Shown: piece by piece, positions 60,108 through 64,000 of the stretch
Numbering within the stretch: position 1 is the first letter of the stretch
Layout: every line of letters starts with the position of its first letter
Origin: Bilabrum cf. latius
Lineage: Eukaryota
DNA length: 64,000 bases
Assembly: GCA_965178125.1 (NCBI GenBank)
Contig: OZ237760.1
Span: forward strand, 620,001 to 684,000
Reading direction: 5' to 3'
Position numbers and translations under genes: made by a program
The notes under the pieces: model-generated
What the model saw: only the letters and a program-made list of their open reading frames with translations
Databases searched by the model: none
Told to the model about the DNA's origin: nothing

Positions 60108-63100
60108 TCATTGGTCCTCCTCCCGATGCCGTTTTGACCCAACTGGTAGGTTCAAAGTAGCACCTGCCGGCTGCTGCTATCCCTTCGAATTGCTAGCAGT
60201 TGTCGAAGCACCATCCTAGACGGGTGAGTTGTAGTGCACCGTGCGCCTCGCTTTCGACGGCCGCTCAGTCGAGGACTCAGCCGAGCGAGCCTGGATCTGC
60301 ACGGCAGCCTGCTGTGACTGCGCCGCTCCAAATGCGCCTGCTTGACCTGCTGTAGCAACTGCACCCCGCGGCGATACATCTCCCTTGGCAGCCATGCGCC
60401 ACGCCGCTGCTGCCACCTTTCTGGACATGGCGTTCAGCAGTGCCACCCGCTCGCTCTCGGTGCTGGCTGCCTAGCCAGCGCCAGCGCTACCCCTCGCACC
60501 CGTGGGTAAGGTATGAGGCTGCTACGCAGCCGCCATGGGCTACACAGGCATCTGGGCCGATGGATTCGTAGGCAATGCCACGGCTAGCCTATGACGTTGC
60601 TGCGCCACAGGGCCTGCTTGCGAAGGAGCGGTGATGCCGGTCCTACCAGCTGCCCGCACAATCTGTGGTGCGGCAGCTGGACCAGCTCGAGCGAGATTCG
60701 GCTCCGTTATCGCCCTCGGTCGCTTGTGGTGGGACACGCTCCGATTCGGCTGGCTCGGCTGCGACGCATGCTTGGCTGCGCTGATGGCGGTGCTAGTGCT
60801 CGTGCTTGTCGCACGGTTCGGTGCCACGGTGCCGATCGCGCGATAGGGCTGGAGGTGTACCTGGGCCACGAGACCAGCGACACTAGCACAGGGCAGGCCC
60901 CGAGGCACCATGAGGCTGCCATCGGCCCCAGCCGTGGAAATCACGGGCGACTCCGAGTTGTTGAGCACGTCAGCCATGCGCCGCTCCAGCGCCAAGTGCG
61001 GGTTGTTCGGGTCGTCTGTCTCGTCCTCGTCGTCCACGTCGGCGTCGACGCTCCTCTGGATCTAGGCAGCACCAGGCACGTACTGAGTGAGCGACAGACC
61101 GATGCGGCTTGCAGAGCCGATCGAGAACGTGTTTGATCTAGAACGACCCCCCCTGCTGCGCCGCCCTCCCCGCCCTCGCCTCCTCAGCTGTGAGCTGCCC
61201 CAGGTGAGCTGCTGCTGCCCAAGGGGATCGTCCTGTGCGCCCGTGCCTGACGCCGAGGCACTTCCCGACACGTGCGCCGCACCGACGCTCGAGTCAGCTG
61301 ATAGCCCGACGGGACCGTGCCTGTTGGTCTGTGGCCCAGACCCTTCCAAAGTCCCGCTGCCGCTGACGGCACCTGCCAGTCGCCGAGCCGCCAGCCGGAA
61401 CTGCTCAATGGCTGCACCGCGGGGCGAAACGAGCTGCCCGGCTCCGCCGCCCTCCTCTTCTTCGTCTTCGTCTTCGTCATCATCCGACATGCCCCCTGCC
61501 ACTTCGTCAAATTCCTGACCATCTCCCGAACCGCCGCTGCTGCGTCCCTCCACGTCGCTGCCCTCGTCCTCGTCCACTCGGGACAGGAGGGCCCGCTGCA
61601 GCAGCCTCGCGGTGCGTCGAGCTCTCGAGCTGCCCCCATCGGACACCGCATCCAGTCCGCCGCTGGGACCTCGCACTGGGACCGACGCCGGCCGGGAGAG
61701 CCCGTGCTGTTCGTGCTGCTCACCGCCGTGTGGGATCTCGCCCCCACCACTGCTGGAGTCGGTGCCTGCACTCCGCTGGCGGCTGGGTACCGCGGGCCCG
61801 AAAACATCCCGGCTGTCAGCTCTGCGCCTGGTACCCGACACGCCCGCCACATCGGCGGGGGCCGTGCGCCTACCGCTGAGCAGCTCTTCTCCCTCCAATG
61901 CCTCCAGGTCACCTGCGGCGGCCTCCTCGCTGAGCATGGTGCCTGCCATGGCCAGCACGCTGCCGACCTTCTCTTCCGCATGTCTGTCGTTCTCGCTCAT
62001 CGCAGCTGCCGGTCGAGTCCACGCAAGGAGACCCGGCTGCGCCCACGACGACGAGGAGGACGCCAAGCCAGCGCCGGCCCGCCCGTGCCCATGCATGTGG
62101 TCCATGAGGCCGTGGCGCTGCTTGGGCGACGGCTGCGCCCTTGCGCCCCGCCTGCCCTTATCAAGCGAAGCCGCGGCCGACGGCGCTCCGTCGCTGCCAG
62201 ATGCAACTGATCCAAAGGCTGGGGGATGGGAGTGCAGCTCACCGTTCAGCTCCCGGGAGAGCCCTTGAGGCTCCGGCGAGCCCCCGCCGCTCGCCATCAC
62301 GGCCCCTCCTTGCCCCTCGCTACCCATCTCCAGGTCCTCCACGACGATCCAATCGGCCCCTTCTGGCACCTCGTCATCCAGAGTGGCCACAGGGGAGGAC
62401 GCCAGCTCCAGCATGAGCCCACTCGATGCGGCGTGGAGAGTGTTGGGGCGCCGTGGTTCCGTGGCAGCGGCGCCGGTCCCGATGAGTGGGGGTCGGTGAC
62501 CGGCGCGGTGGCCCGGAGTGTGGGTTCCGTGGTGGTGATCGTTGAAGTCCCCCGCGCCTGCCCTCTCCAGCAGCAGCTGTCTCGGCGAGAACGGGGGCAC
62601 GCCTGCGATACGGGCGCAGAGGTCCAGCTGCTGCCACACCTGGGCTCCAAAGTGCTGCTAGCACAGCCTGCTGTCCGCACCGGGCCCGTTGTCCAGCCCC
62701 TTGCTCCTCGGAGGCGACCTCAGTCCCAGCCCGCTGAGATGTCTTTGCTCCTCACGGTACTCTGTGAGGAGGGTCCCCATAGCCGTGCGGGCCGCTTGCA
62801 CGCACTCAACCGCGGTCTGCTGCAGGTGCATTCGGTTCACCTCAGACATGCCCTTTCGCTTGAGACCCTGCTGCAGCGAGTACGCAGCTCGCACCGCCGA
62901 GTCTTGCGCCACCCTGCTGGCCATGAGCACCTGTTTGTCCACCCTCTCGAGCACCCTGTCCTCTAGAGCCAGTCCTGCGACTGACAGCGGAGCGCCGACA
63001 CCGGTAGACGAGAATGCCTGCCCGCCCATGGGCAGCTGCAGTCGGATACTGCCGGTGCTCGACCCATTTGGTGCGCGATACTGCCCCCCTTTCGCGCTGG

Positions 63101-64000
63101 ACGAGGTGCTGGTTGGCAGGGAAGCAGCCGTGGAGGCAGTCGTAAGGCCTCCGGTGGTGACTGCATTGGCGCGACCCACGTTGATCCGCAGCGCTGGCAC
63201 TTTGGAACGACCTGCGCCCGAAGAAGCAGCAGCAGCAGCAGCAGCAGCGACGGCTGGGGGGCGGCCTCCTCTCCCCGACTTCCCGGATTTGCCAGTCTTC
63301 CCGGCCTTACCGACGACTGCCCCCCCCTTGCCCTTGCCCTTGACGGTGCTCCAAGCAGAGCCTCCCCTGCCTCCCTGCTTGCGCCTGCTGCCGATCCCGG
63401 CGCTGCTGCGGCCGCTCCTGCGGGCGGCCAACCCAGCCGCAGCCGGTGGCGCGCCTGCTCCTGTGCCGTTCCACACGCCCGTACTTGCCCTCCCAGCGCG
63501 AGTTGGCAGTGACGGGGCCGCGGGACCTGCCCCTGAAACCAGCATAACTCCTGCCCCCGCAGCCGCACTCGCACCGACCACTGTTGTCGCGCTGGCTGCA
63601 GCCCTCTACTCCGCCGATGCCGCCATGAGTTCGCCGATTTCAGGGACGTCGCCGTGCGCTGACCCCGCGCTGGCCGACCTGTGGTTGTACCCGGTTCCAT
63701 TCCTTGCGCCTCCACCGCCCCTACCTCCTCCTGACGGTGACAGCCGCAGCACGCCAGTACCCAGTGGCGGACCCCTGGTGAGCGGCCTGCCCTCCACCAT
63801 CTCGATCAGCTCGTCAGTGCCCGTGTCTACTTGCCCTCGGCCCCTGCATTCTGCCGCGCGCTTGTGCAGCTTCTGGATGTACTTTTGCGCGTGCGTGCGG
63901 ATCTGCACGACGGACCTGGTTGGTACCAGGCCCTAGATCTGCTTCCAGTCCTTCCCGTAGGTTCGCAGGCCCTCCACGAACGTATCGTGCTCCACATCAC
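60108..64000 (-). CDS. SHAQKYF-class single Myb domain protein with a long low-complexity C-terminus (5' end beyond the window)
   Basis: EHDTFVEGLRTYGKDWKQI*GLVPTRSVVQIRTHAQKY, with TAG 63933 inside the Myb domain. One frame to TGA 60108 with 9 TAG and no TAA/TGA. Confidence 0.85.

Noticed and set aside
1-64000. Genes interpreted as pseudogenes with premature stops
   Set aside because: All interruptions are TAG, there are no internal TAA/TGA or frameshifts, catalytic motifs are intact and TAGs fall on Gln columns. Random decay would not produce this pattern.
1-64000. Systematic C-to-T sequencing error or deamination creating TAG from CAG
   Set aside because: Such a process should also create TAA from CAA and TGA from CGA, and none were seen. 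The bases preceding TAG vary. U-to-C RNA editing cannot be excluded from DNA alone but is less parsimonious.
1-64000. UAG as Trp (A-to-I editing), Leu, Glu or pyrrolysine
   Set aside because: At least seven informative columns in five families point to Gln. No pyl genes are present and the sequence is eukaryotic.
1-64000. tRNA genes (especially tRNA-Gln CUA), rRNA, CRISPR arrays, transposases
   Set aside because: I saw no cloverleaf, rRNA-like sequence, repeat-spacer array or transposon ORF by eye. A tRNAscan-SE run is needed to exclude a tRNA.

Overview
This is gene-dense, GC-rich eukaryotic nuclear DNA with about 21 protein-coding genes, 15 short spliceosomal GTRAG...GCAG introns and intergenic gaps mostly of 130-400 bp. 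The gene content suggests a heterotrophic protist, probably a stramenopile (inference from the GPCR-PIPK fusion, TEX9 and HCCS type). The main result is that the supplied ORF track is fragmented because it treats TAG as stop. Nearly every gene continues in the same frame through repeated TAG codons (about 125 by manual count) and ends only at TGA or TAA. Where homology fixes the residue, TAG sits at conserved Gln positions: P4-ATPase NLIE*F, sulfite oxidase IQDLPI* and YQV*P, calponin-homology EA*EWIE, HCCS YNVYS*, Dabb LEEY*. No in-frame TAA was seen inside any exon. This indicates a nuclear code with UAG=Gln while UAA and UGA remain stops. Read in that code, the window holds TEX9, a CH+2xWW protein, DNA ligase IV, sulfite oxidase, a ~2,590-aa GPCR-PIP5K fusion, a Nudix hydrolase, a ~2,530-aa DENND4-like/kinesin-14 fusion, a GH79 heparanase-like enzyme, a P4-ATPase, holocytochrome c synthase, elongin C, a Dabb protein, an LRR protein, TMEM181, an SCPEP1-like carboxypeptidase, a SHOC1/Zip2-like protein, a SHAQKYF Myb and several hypothetical proteins. 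All family assignments come from motif recognition by eye; no database search was run.
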